Position numbers and translations under genes: made by a program. Positions 46,259 to 55,295 of a DNA stretch of 64,000 nucleotides are shown here, in pieces. The DNA is taken from sequence record KJ019086.1; one strand, given 5' to 3'. The first letter of the stretch is position 1, and each line of letters starts with the position of its first letter. The notes below the pieces were generated by a model. The model was not told the origin of the DNA and made no database searches. It saw only the letters and a program-made list of their open reading frames with translations.

Positions 46259-49200
46259 ATGGCATATTTACTTTCTAATGGGGGCGTTATTATTAACGAC
46301 TCCAGAGAAATCGTAAATGCTGGGGTTGTAACTGCTACTGCGTTCTTTGGGGACGGTTCTGGTTTATCTGGAATCGCAACCATTTCTGATGGGGGAATCT
46401 CCATCGGCGACGCAAACATCACTGGAAACTTAAATGTTTCTGGTATTTCTACCGTAGAATTCTTAAACGCTTCTGACATTAATGTCGGCGGTGCTTTAAC
46501 AGTCACAGGTGATCTATCTGTCGGTGGTGATTTATCTTTTGATGAGGTTTCTGGTAGAAACCTAAACATCACTGGTATTTCCACACTCGGAACAGTTAAG
46601 ATTTCAAATGGCATTGTAACCGCCACTAGTGGCGTTGTTACATATTACGGTGATGGTAGCAATCTAACCGGCATTGACATCACAGATAGTGATGTAAGAC
46701 TCAGAAACCTTTCGGTTACTGGTGTCTCTACATTCACAGGTGATGTATCTTTTGGAGCAAACGCTTCTCTAGTAGGCGACCTAACTTCTGGTCGTAACGC
46801 AAACCTTTCAGGTATTGCGACAGTAAATGATATTTATATTGATAACTTACTTTATGATTCCAACGGTAGCGTTGGAGCAGCTGGTTCAATTCTTGTAACC
46901 GCAGGTGGAAAGTTACAGTGGCTACCACCCGATCAAGCGGGTATTGCTACAGTATTCCAACCAGGAAATACATTCTTTGTTTCTAAGAATGGTGATGATA
47001 GTAGTGATGGTCTCTCCATGGAGAAATCATTTGCTACCATTTCCTACGCTCTGTCTCAGATTTCATCAGGGACAAACAACGTTCTCTTAATCACCGCTGG
47101 TGATTATGAAGAAGTATTCCCACTATCAGTTCCCGATGGACTGACTGTTAAGGGTGTTGGACAACGTGCGGTTCTAGTTAGACCCACTTCAGCTACAGAA
47201 ACCAACGATGGTTTCCAACTTGGTAACGCATCCACAGTTGAAGATTTGACCATTGGTCAGATGTTTAAACCTCAAGGTGCTTCCAATAATAACTACGCTT
47301 TCACATATAGAAGTGGTGCTACCATTTCATCTCGTGGACCTTATGTTTCTAGAGTTACGGTTCTAAACAAAGGTAGCGTAACTTCTACCTCTGACCCATT
47401 TGGATATGGTTCAGCTGATGCTTATCCAACGACTGCCCCTGGTGGTGCTGGTGTATTGGCTGATGGTAGTGTTCTTAACTCCGCCTCACTAGAAGCCTCA
47501 TTCCTACTTAACGAAGTCACCACCTTCACTGCCGGTAACATCGGTATTGATATGGTCAACGGTGCTCGTGTTGAGTGGTTGAATGGTTTCTCCTACTTCG
47601 CATCCGAGGGTGTTAAAGGTAGAGCTGACCAGTCAACTGGTTTGTATGGTGCAGGTAAGACGAGACTAAGAGTTGAGAACGCCTCTGGTGGTCTAGTCAA
47701 TGGTAATACCATTGAACTCTATGATATTGATGGCACGACTAGCCTTGCTAGTGGTACTATTGACGGCACCAGTGGTGCATACACGACCCTGACTACTGGT
47801 GGTACTGGTACCTTCGCTATTGCAGGAAGTCGTAAGGCGAAAGCTGCCTCATTCGTTGATACAGCCTCTCTATCTACAACACAAGCCAAATTCGGGAATG
47901 CTTCACTAGATGTAACTGGTCAGTCTACTGATTGTATCAATGTTGATCCAAGCAGTGACTTCGGTTTCGGTACTGGTGACTTTACAGCTGAATTCTGGTT
48001 GTATAGAACATCAGCTACTGCTGGTGCTACTATTCTCGATATGAGAGATGCAGCTGATACTGATTCAGCTCTATCTATTAGAGAGAACACTAGTGATGTT
48101 ATTGAAGTTCTTGTCGGCAACTCTGTTGTTCTAACTTCATCCACAAGTGCTATTGGTAATGCCGCTTGGTATCACATTGCTGTTGCCCGTTTGGGTAGCA
48201 CAATGGAACTATTCATTAATGGTGCCCAGGAAGCTTCAGCATCCAATTCATCTGACTTAGGTCTAAGCCAGTCACTCACCTTTGGTGCTGACTATGCTAA
48301 CGCCAATGGTACTATTGCGTTCTTAGATGAACTCCGTATCGAGAAGGGTGCTGCTAAGTACACGAATCCGTTTACTCCTTCCACTGTGCCCCTTGAGGGT
48401 GACCGTGGTACATCTATCCTACTCCACTTTGATGGATCAAATGGAGCAACTGAAGCTCCTGATGATATTCAGATATTCCAGGATATCCGTATCAGTGGTG
48501 GTAACACAGCTGACAGATTATCACTTGCTGACTACAGTCAGTTTGGTGCTGAGTTGCGTTCCTCTGGTTGTGCTGTTGAGTATGGTAACAAAGGTGTCGT
48601 CGGAGACGGTGCTGGTGTTGCTCTAAGACTCATCGGTATTAACTTCAGTTTCGTAGGTGCCCTAGGTGATCTAACTAACGATCCAAACCTAGCCGTTCAG
48701 GCTAATGAAGTTACAGAAACCAACAATGCTGAGGTATCTTTCACCAGTATTGATCAAGGTGGTGACTTCCGTGTTGGTGAATCCTTCTATGTTAACCAGG
48801 AAACTGGTGATGTATCATTCAACAACACAACAACTGATCTAACCTCACTATCTAGTCTAACCATCACTGATGGTACTAACAACTCACTTATCACTCCTAC
48901 CTCTGGTAGATTTGGTAATGTTCAGATCTCTGGACAGCAAGTTGCTTCTGTATCTGGTGACCTAGACCTAGTAACCGCTGGTGGTGGTGAAGTTAACATC
49001 TACGGTAATACTAACGTTGTTGGTATTCTAACCGCACAGGTTGTTGAGATCAACGCTATCCAGAAGGGTGATACTTCTATCGCTCTAGATGATACCGGTA
49101 CTGATGGTACTATCCGGTTTAACACCGATGGTTCTGAGGCAGGTAGATTCACTAAGGATAACGACCTTGCAGTAACACACAACTTCCGCGTTGGTGGAAT

Positions 49201-52129
49201 TGGTACTATTCCAAACTTGGTAAGTACTACTGCAACCATCACAACTCTAAATGTTGAGAACCTTGTCAGTAGTGGTAGCACTAGTGGCGGTGGCGGAACT
49301 GGTATCGGTTCTACCGCTATCAATTCACCTAACCTTAATATTTCTGGTCAGGCAAACTTCAACAACGTCAACGTTTCTGGTGTTGCCACGGTTCCTGATC
49401 TAACTGTAACCAACTCCTTTACTAATACTGGTTATTCAACCATCACTGGTGACGCCGAAGTTGGTGGAAATCTATGGTTGAAGGGTGACCTCAATGTTAT
49501 CGGTTCCCAGAATGTTAGCGAGTTCTTCGCTACCAATATGGAGATCTCTGGTATCGCTACCTTCGGTACCGTAAAGGTCAACAGTAATGTCCATTGTGAC
49601 GATACTGTATTTGTTGGCGGTGCTGTAACAATCACTGGTCCAATCACAGCAGTGGATATCTTTGCCACTGGTATTGGAACCATTCCTGTAGCAGATGTTG
49701 GACATGCCGATGTTGATTCTATCAACGTCACTGGCGTATCTACCATTGCTCAGGTTGATATCGGTAAGATTACCGTAGGTGACTTCACTGTAACTGGATT
49801 TGCAACTGTCACTGACGGACTTGAAGTTATCGGTCCTGTCTCATTTGGTGGTTCTATCACACAACTACCTCTACCAACTGGTCAAGGTGGTGTTTGGTTT
49901 GACAACTCTGTTGTGGGTGTCGGCACACTACTCGCCACTAATGCATCAATTAGCGGACTCCTCGGAGTTGGTAATTCATTGGGTGTTGCTGGTGATGCCT
50001 ACATCGATGGAAACATCATTGGTTCTGGTGGTACTATCTCTAATTACAACGAGATTATTACACCTCTCCTAACCGCAACTGATATCGATGCAGCTACACT
50101 CGATGTTAGTGGTAACGTAACCATTGATGGAAACGTAGACCTTGGTGACACATCTGCCGACTTCGTTAGAATCAACGGTAGAGTAAGTACTTCCTTTATT
50201 CCTTCTACTGATAGTGCAACTGACTTAGGTAGCAATGGTCTCAGGTGGAAAGAACTCTTCGTTGATAAACTCACCCTCACAGATGATGCTGCTATTGGTG
50301 GTGATCTATCTGTTGGTGGTAGTGTATCTGCCGATTATGTAGATACTACTGAACTCAATGTCAGTGGTGTTGCAACCTTCGCTCAGATTTCAATTGGTGG
50401 TGGCGGCGGTGGTATTAGTACCAACGGCGTTATTATTAACAATGTTACTGTTACTGACCAGAGTACTCTTAACAACCTCATTGTTTCTGGTGTATCAACC
50501 TTCGTTGGTGTTTCTACCTTCAAGGGTGATGTCTATATCGATGGTAACCTAATCATTGATGGTGATAACAGTCAGGATCTAATCAGTGGTACTAACCTAC
50601 TCGTCAGTGGTATTGCTACCATCGGCACACTAGGTGTAACTACAAACTTAACTGTTGGTGGTGATGTACTTGTCAGTGGTGCTATGACCGCTGGTTCATA
50701 CAATGGTGATGGTTCTCAGTTAGATAATCTACCTGCAGCATCAATCACAACCTCCATAACACCTACAACTAGGGTGAATGGTGATACACTACAGACTGGT
50801 GATCTATGGTATGACTCTTCTGAGTTACGCCAGTATACTTACTATGATGATGGTGGATCCGTTCAGTGGGTACCTTCAGCCCCAGAACCTACTATTCCTG
50901 ATTTTACCTACGCAGGTAACACAGGTATTGGTACTCTATCCTTAGGGGATGATACTTTCTCTGTTGTTGGTGATGGTACAAACGTAGTCACTACTGCAAG
51001 TGGTGTAACTACTACCGTAACCATTTCACTATCCGATAGTGTGGCAATCGCCGGTTCTATGACCGCTGGTAGCTTCCTTGGTGAGAACCTCAATGTTTCT
51101 GGTGTATCAACCTTCGTTGGCGTTACAACCTTCAGAGGTGATGTCTTCATCGAAGGTAACCTAATCATTGATGGTGATGAGAGTCAGGATCTAGTCAGTG
51201 GTACTAACCTAATTATTACTGGTATTGCTACCATTGGTACATTAGGAGTAACTACTACTACTACCAATACTCTCACCGTACTCGATACCTTCACTCTAGA
51301 TAACCCAGTCAATTCTATCGGAATTAGTTCTGATCTAGGTGGTGCCGGTGCTGCTCACACAGCTCTTGCTTCCCAGTTAGCAATCAAACAATACATTGAT
51401 GCTAATAACTCAGATCAAAACCTAAACTTCACTGGTGATACTGGTTCTGGCTCGATTGGTCTTGGTACTGAATTCCTAGAGGTTCGTGGTACAGCACAAC
51501 AGGTTACAACCATTGGTGTTGGTAACAGTGTTGTTATTGGACTACCTAACACAGTAAGAGTACCACAGAGACTATATGTTGGTGGTGGTGCCTTTACTCA
51601 GGTTATGGATGCCAACTCCGCTTCTGGTGTGGTATTTGCCAATAAGATTGTTACGATCAACAAAGGTCTAACCCTCAGTAGTAGTGACCTAACCGGAGTT
51701 CGTAACCTAGTTCAGACTGGTATTGCAACTCTTGGTACAGTTAACTTCTCTGGTGTAACAACCACTGTAGGTAACGCATTCGTTGGTAATGACTTAAGTG
51801 TCTTAGGCACAGTCAACGCTAATGACTTCAACTCTACTTCTGACGCTACTAGAAAAGAAGACGTAGTTGAGATTGAAGATGCACTCGCTAAGGTCCTAGA
51901 CCTACGTGGTGTAACATTCAACTGGAAGAATGGTGAAGGATCATCTGCTGGTGTTCTTGCACAAGAAGTTCAGATGGTTCTACCTGAGATTGTTAAGGGT
52001 GACGTAGGCAATATGTCCGTTCAGTATAACGGTATTATAGCACTTCTCGTCCAAGCAGTCAAGGAACTCTCTTCTGAAGTTGAAGAACTCAAGAGAACCA
52101 AAAGTGACAAGAGAAGGAAGAAATCCTGA
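46259..52129 (+). CDS. tail fibre paralogue (1956 aa) with beta-helix/LamG block and peptidase S74 chaperone
   Basis: Same central block as the previous gene; SDATRKEDV...AGVLAQEV...QYNGIIALLVQAVKEL. Confidence 0.88.
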   Translation: MAYLLSNGGVIINDSREIVNAGVVTATAFFGDGSGLSGIATISDGGISIGDANITGNLNVSGISTVEFLNASDINVGGALTVTGDLSVGGDLSFDEVSGRNLNITGISTLGTVKISNGIVTATSGVVTYYGDGSNLTGIDITDSDVRLRNLSVTGVSTFTGDVSFGANASLVGDLTSGRNANLSGIATVNDIYIDNLLYDSNGSVGAAGSILVTAGGKLQWLPPDQAGIATVFQPGNTFFVSKNGDDSSDGLSMEKSFATISYALSQISSGTNNVLLITAGDYEEVFPLSVPDGLTVKGVGQRAVLVRPTSATETNDGFQLGNASTVEDLTIGQMFKPQGASNNNYAFTYRSGATISSRGPYVSRVTVLNKGSVTSTSDPFGYGSADAYPTTAPGGAGVLADGSVLNSASLEASFLLNEVTTFTAGNIGIDMVNGARVEWLNGFSYFASEGVKGRADQSTGLYGAGKTRLRVENASGGLVNGNTIELYDIDGTTSLASGTIDGTSGAYTTLTTGGTGTFAIAGSRKAKAASFVDTASLSTTQAKFGNASLDVTGQSTDCINVDPSSDFGFGTGDFTAEFWLYRTSATAGATILDMRDAADTDSALSIRENTSDVIEVLVGNSVVLTSSTSAIGNAAWYHIAVARLGSTMELFINGAQEASASNSSDLGLSQSLTFGADYANANGTIAFLDELRIEKGAAKYTNPFTPSTVPLEGDRGTSILLHFDGSNGATEAPDDIQIFQDIRISGGNTADRLSLADYSQFGAELRSSGCAVEYGNKGVVGDGAGVALRLIGINFSFVGALGDLTNDPNLAVQANEVTETNNAEVSFTSIDQGGDFRVGESFYVNQETGDVSFNNTTTDLTSLSSLTITDGTNNSLITPTSGRFGNVQISGQQVASVSGDLDLVTAGGGEVNIYGNTNVVGILTAQVVEINAIQKGDTSIALDDTGTDGTIRFNTDGSEAGRFTKDNDLAVTHNFRVGGIGTIPNLVSTTATITTLNVENLVSSGSTSGGGGTGIGSTAINSPNLNISGQANFNNVNVSGVATVPDLTVTNSFTNTGYSTITGDAEVGGNLWLKGDLNVIGSQNVSEFFATNMEISGIATFGTVKVNSNVHCDDTVFVGGAVTITGPITAVDIFATGIGTIPVADVGHADVDSINVTGVSTIAQVDIGKITVGDFTVTGFATVTDGLEVIGPVSFGGSITQLPLPTGQGGVWFDNSVVGVGTLLATNASISGLLGVGNSLGVAGDAYIDGNIIGSGGTISNYNEIITPLLTATDIDAATLDVSGNVTIDGNVDLGDTSADFVRINGRVSTSFIPSTDSATDLGSNGLRWKELFVDKLTLTDDAAIGGDLSVGGSVSADYVDTTELNVSGVATFAQISIGGGGGGISTNGVIINNVTVTDQSTLNNLIVSGVSTFVGVSTFKGDVYIDGNLIIDGDNSQDLISGTNLLVSGIATIGTLGVTTNLTVGGDVLVSGAMTAGSYNGDGSQLDNLPAASITTSITPTTRVNGDTLQTGDLWYDSSELRQYTYYDDGGSVQWVPSAPEPTIPDFTYAGNTGIGTLSLGDDTFSVVGDGTNVVTTASGVTTTVTISLSDSVAIAGSMTAGSFLGENLNVSGVSTFVGVTTFRGDVFIEGNLIIDGDESQDLVSGTNLIITGIATIGTLGVTTTTTNTLTVLDTFTLDNPVNSIGISSDLGGAGAAHTALASQLAIKQYIDANNSDQNLNFTGDTGSGSIGLGTEFLEVRGTAQQVTTIGVGNSVVIGLPNTVRVPQRLYVGGGAFTQVMDANSASGVVFANKIVTINKGLTLSSSDLTGVRNLVQTGIATLGTVNFSGVTTTVGNAFVGNDLSVLGTVNANDFNSTSDATRKEDVVEIEDALAKVLDLRGVTFNWKNGEGSSAGVLAQEVQMVLPEIVKGDVGNMSVQYNGIIALLVQAVKELSSEVEELKRTKSDKRRKKS

Positions 52130-52133
52130 TAAC

Positions 52134-52162
52134 TTGCCATACTCCTTCTGATCCTGTATAAT
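52134..52162 (+). promoter_or_regulatory. sigma70-like promoter whose -10 box is enclosed by an 11-bp inverted repeat
   Basis: TTGCCA(52134)-17 nt-TATAAT(52157); CTTCTGATCCT (52145-55) / AGGATCAGAAG (52173-83). Confidence 0.7.
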
Positions 52163-52197
52163 ACCTTTGTGGAGGATCAGAAGTTGGCTCTAAGCTT

Positions 52198-52220
52198 AGA
52201 CCCCTTATGGGGTCTTTTCT
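52198..52220 (+). terminator. intrinsic terminator
   Basis: AGACCCC-TTAT-GGGGTCT-TTTCT. Confidence 0.75.
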
Positions 52221-52260
52221 TATGCCATAATAAATAGAAGTGATAACTCCATGAAGACAC

Positions 52261-52629
52261 ATGTCTCTTTCAATTAATACTGCCACTACTACACATGATG
52301 GTGTAGTTACTGATGTACAATGGGCTTATACTACATCTGAAGGTATTATCTCAGGTGGTCACACAATGCAAGGAACACCTGGTAGTGTTACATTAGAAAA
52401 TGTTAATGAATCTGTTATATCTGGTTGGTTAGAAGAACAGATGGATACCTCACACTTTGATAGACTTTGTTCTGAAAGAGGTTTTCCAACAGAAGAGGAA
52501 GAAGAAGACAGAACCTTCAACTTCTCAGAAACAGGTACAATGGAAGAAGTAGTTGCACCTGAGCCTGAGCCTGAACCTGAAGATAATGTTGGTATTGCAA
52601 CCGATGGTTCATCTGGTATTTCAACTTAG
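52261..52629 (+). CDS. acidic fibre-associated protein (122 aa)
   Basis: VTDVQWAY...VISGWL pattern, PEPEPE tail; late-like AATAAATA upstream. Confidence 0.65.
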   Translation: MSLSINTATTTHDGVVTDVQWAYTTSEGIISGGHTMQGTPGSVTLENVNESVISGWLEEQMDTSHFDRLCSERGFPTEEEEEDRTFNFSETGTMEEVVAPEPEPEPEDNVGIATDGSSGIST

Positions 52630-52665
52630 AAACTTTTAATCTTCCAAAAGAACAAAATTATTCTA

Positions 52666-53340
52666 ATGTCTCAAATCAATTTCCCAAATATCCCATCAGA
52701 TGGTGATGAGTTTTTGGCACCCAATGGTACAACTTACCAATATGATTCCGACACAGGTCAGTGGAAGATTCTATTAGGTCCTGGTGCCGATGGTCCCAAG
52801 GGTCCTATAGGTCCTGAAGGTGCTACTGGATCCACAGGTCCCGATGGTCCTACTGGTGCTACTGGAACGGATGCTACAAGAATAACTGGTGAGATTATTG
52901 CATTTGGTGGAACTACTGTTCCATCTGGTTGGCTTGAATGTAATGGTCAAGCTGCTCCTAGTGCTCTTGCTGCTGTATTAGGTATATCTAATGTACCAGA
53001 CTTACGTGGTGAGTTTATAAGAGGATTTGATAACGGTAGAGGTGTTGATAGTGGCCGTGCCATTCTCACCGCTCAGGGTGATGAATTTGAGAGTCACACA
53101 CACATTCAAAATTCCCATAACCATACACAAAATCCACACACTCACCAAGCAAATTACACACCCTTAACCTATGTGGCGGGGCAACCACAAGCAAATGGAT
53201 TGGTTACCGCGGTAACAGCTCTAACAAACATTTCCACAAACACAGCAACTAATATTGCAAACACAGCAACCAACCAAAGCACAGGTGGTACTGAAACCCG
53301 TCCACGCAACATATCTCTGATGTACATCATTAAAACCTAA
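52666..53340 (+). CDS. short fibre with tail collar domain (224 aa)
   Basis: Shared MSQINFP N-module, Gly-X-Y triplets, GEIIAFGG...GWLECNGQ...VPDLRGEFIRG collar, TRPRNISLMYIIK end. Confidence 0.85.
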   Translation: MSQINFPNIPSDGDEFLAPNGTTYQYDSDTGQWKILLGPGADGPKGPIGPEGATGSTGPDGPTGATGTDATRITGEIIAFGGTTVPSGWLECNGQAAPSALAAVLGISNVPDLRGEFIRGFDNGRGVDSGRAILTAQGDEFESHTHIQNSHNHTQNPHTHQANYTPLTYVAGQPQANGLVTAVTALTNISTNTATNIANTATNQSTGGTETRPRNISLMYIIKT

Positions 53341-53344
53341 ACCC

Positions 53345-53992
53345 ATGTCTCAAATTAATTTCCCAAATAGCCCATCCGATGGTGAAGAGTTTCTAGCATC
53401 TAATGGAACTACGTATCGATACGATAGTTCTACGGGTCAGTGGAAGATTCTATCAGGTCCTGGTGTTCAGGGACCCGCTGGTAATACAGGTCCTACTGGA
53501 TCTATTATTATGTGGGGAACTTCAACACTACCAGAGGGATATATCGAATGTAATGGTCAATCTACTTCTGGATATACAGCTTTAGCTGCGTTATATGGTT
53601 CCAATGTCCCAGATCTTCGTGGTGAGTTTGTAAGGGGTTGGGATAACGGTAAGGGTACTGATAGTGGTCGGGCTCTATTGGGTAGTCAAGGCGAATCGTT
53701 TAAAAGCCACACACACACTCAGAATTCACACAATCACAGTCAGAATTCACACAATCACACACAGAATCCCCACAAACACACGCAACAACTGGGTGGAACT
53801 ATTTCATCTGACCTTTTGCAATCCGGGAGCTATCGGATTGGTAACGCAAATTCTGCATCAGTTAGTAATACCACAGCAACCAATAAATCTACTACAGCAA
53901 CCAATAATGCTGCTACAGCAACCAACCAAAGCACAGGTGATACTGAAACCCGTCCACGCAACATATCTTTGATGTATATTATTAAGACCTAG
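53345..53992 (+). CDS. short fibre with tail collar domain, paralogue (215 aa)
   Basis: Same N-module and collar (GSIIMWG...GYIECNGQ...VPDLRGEFVRG), same C-terminus. Confidence 0.85.
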   Translation: MSQINFPNSPSDGEEFLASNGTTYRYDSSTGQWKILSGPGVQGPAGNTGPTGSIIMWGTSTLPEGYIECNGQSTSGYTALAALYGSNVPDLRGEFVRGWDNGKGTDSGRALLGSQGESFKSHTHTQNSHNHSQNSHNHTQNPHKHTQQLGGTISSDLLQSGSYRIGNANSASVSNTTATNKSTTATNNAATATNQSTGDTETRPRNISLMYIIKT

Positions 53993-54028
53993 TGTGATAT
54001 AATAAATACACTGTAAGAATACTATATT

Positions 54029-54262
54029 ATGTACACCCTATACTCCAAACTAAACTGTTCTCATTGTAAAGCAATTGAGAATGTATTTGATCTAAAGAAC
54101 ATTCCATACACCAAGAAAACACTAGGTCTAGACTTCACTAAGGTGGAGTTTATGGAACAATTTGGTAGAACTACTTTCCCCAGAGTAGTCAGTAATGAAG
54201 GAGTGGTATTGGGTGGTGCTAGTGAAACTGTTAAAATCCTAAAAGAACAAGGTATCCTTTAA
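54029..54262 (+). CDS. glutaredoxin-like protein
   Basis: YSKLNCSHC (CxxC), TFPRV cis-Pro motif, LGG. Confidence 0.85.
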   Translation: MYTLYSKLNCSHCKAIENVFDLKNIPYTKKTLGLDFTKVEFMEQFGRTTFPRVVSNEGVVLGGASETVKILKEQGIL

Positions 54263-54474
54263 TGTCTCAAATTAATTTTCCAGATAGTCCATCCAATGGT
54301 GATGAGTTTTTAGCCGGTAATGGCACAACATATAAATATGATTCCGCTACAGGTCAGTGGAAGATTCTATCAGGTCCTGGATCTCAAGGTCCTATAGGTC
54401 CTGCAGGTCCTCTTGGATCTACAGGTGCTACTGGACCTACCATTGATATTGGTGCCCTACCAGAACTTAGTTGA
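54262..54474 (+). CDS. mini-fibre (70 aa) carrying only the shared N-module plus collagen-like triplets
   Basis: MSQINFPDSPSNGDEF...GQWKILSGPG, GPI-GPA-GPL-GST-GAT-GPT, ends IDIGALPELS. Confidence 0.75.
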   Translation: MSQINFPDSPSNGDEFLAGNGTTYKYDSATGQWKILSGPGSQGPIGPAGPLGSTGATGPTIDIGALPELS

Positions 54475-54508
54475 TATGTTATAATGTATCATAGTAACTC
54501 TATGATAT

Positions 54509-55267
54509 ATGGCTGCCCCTGTTGTTAAGATTTTGACTCCTGCATATATGGGTCAAGTGACCACACAATATATGCATAGTCTTATTGAATTTATACCATA
54601 TGCTATGAGTAATGGTATAAATGTAACCTTTGAGACAATGCCCAACTGTTCTCTCATCAGTTTGGGTAGGAATGTGATGCAGTCTAGAGCACTCAGAGAT
54701 CCCACATGGACTCATCTAATGTGGATTGATTCTGATATTAGATTTCCAAAGGAAGCTATTATCAGTATGTTATTTAATGATAAACCTATTATGGGTGGTT
54801 TCTATCCAAAGAAGTCACTACCCATTGACATGGCAAGTTCTCCCATGCCTGGTGGTGAAGAAACTGAGCAACTATTTGAAACTGATTATGTTGCCACTGG
54901 TTTCATGTTAATTAAACGTGAAGTCATTGAGAAGATGCAAGATTCATACCCCGAACGTAAGTTTTTCTATCAGGGTAGTGACGAATATTATGATTTATAT
55001 GCACCTTACATCGATGAAGATTCACCTAATAGATTATTTCTCACTGAAGACTACGCCTTCTGTCGTCTAGCACGTAAGATAGGTTATAAGTCATACATGT
55101 CCAAGAGATTTACTCTAGGTCATATTGGTGTCTATGAGTTTAATTGGAATACAGAAAAGAATCTATCACAAGCATATATTCAGAAGTATGCACAACCAAA
55201 ACAAAAACTAGAAAAGGTTGAAGGTGATAGTGAAGATTACAATAAACTAGATGATCTTCCACAATAA
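54509..55267 (+). CDS. GT-A fold glycosyltransferase-like protein
   Basis: SLISLGRN, THLMWIDSDIRF (DxD), VATGFMLIKR, LTEDYAFC. Confidence 0.75.
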   Translation: MAAPVVKILTPAYMGQVTTQYMHSLIEFIPYAMSNGINVTFETMPNCSLISLGRNVMQSRALRDPTWTHLMWIDSDIRFPKEAIISMLFNDKPIMGGFYPKKSLPIDMASSPMPGGEETEQLFETDYVATGFMLIKREVIEKMQDSYPERKFFYQGSDEYYDLYAPYIDEDSPNRLFLTEDYAFCRLARKIGYKSYMSKRFTLGHIGVYEFNWNTEKNLSQAYIQKYAQPKQKLEKVEGDSEDYNKLDDLPQ

Positions 55268-55295
55268 ATACTAACACTAGAACTACCACAAACAA

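Noticed and set aside
20678-52286. Many 60-270 aa minus-strand and alternate-frame ORFs inside the giant genes
   Set aside because: Shadows of the strongly biased GGT/ACT/GTT codon pattern; no RBS, promoters or motifs, and fully overlapping convincing + strand genes.
52666-53992. Diversity-generating retroelement or shufflon acting on the collar paralogues
   Set aside because: No reverse transcriptase or invertase in the window, all copies on one strand, and differences are not adenine-specific.
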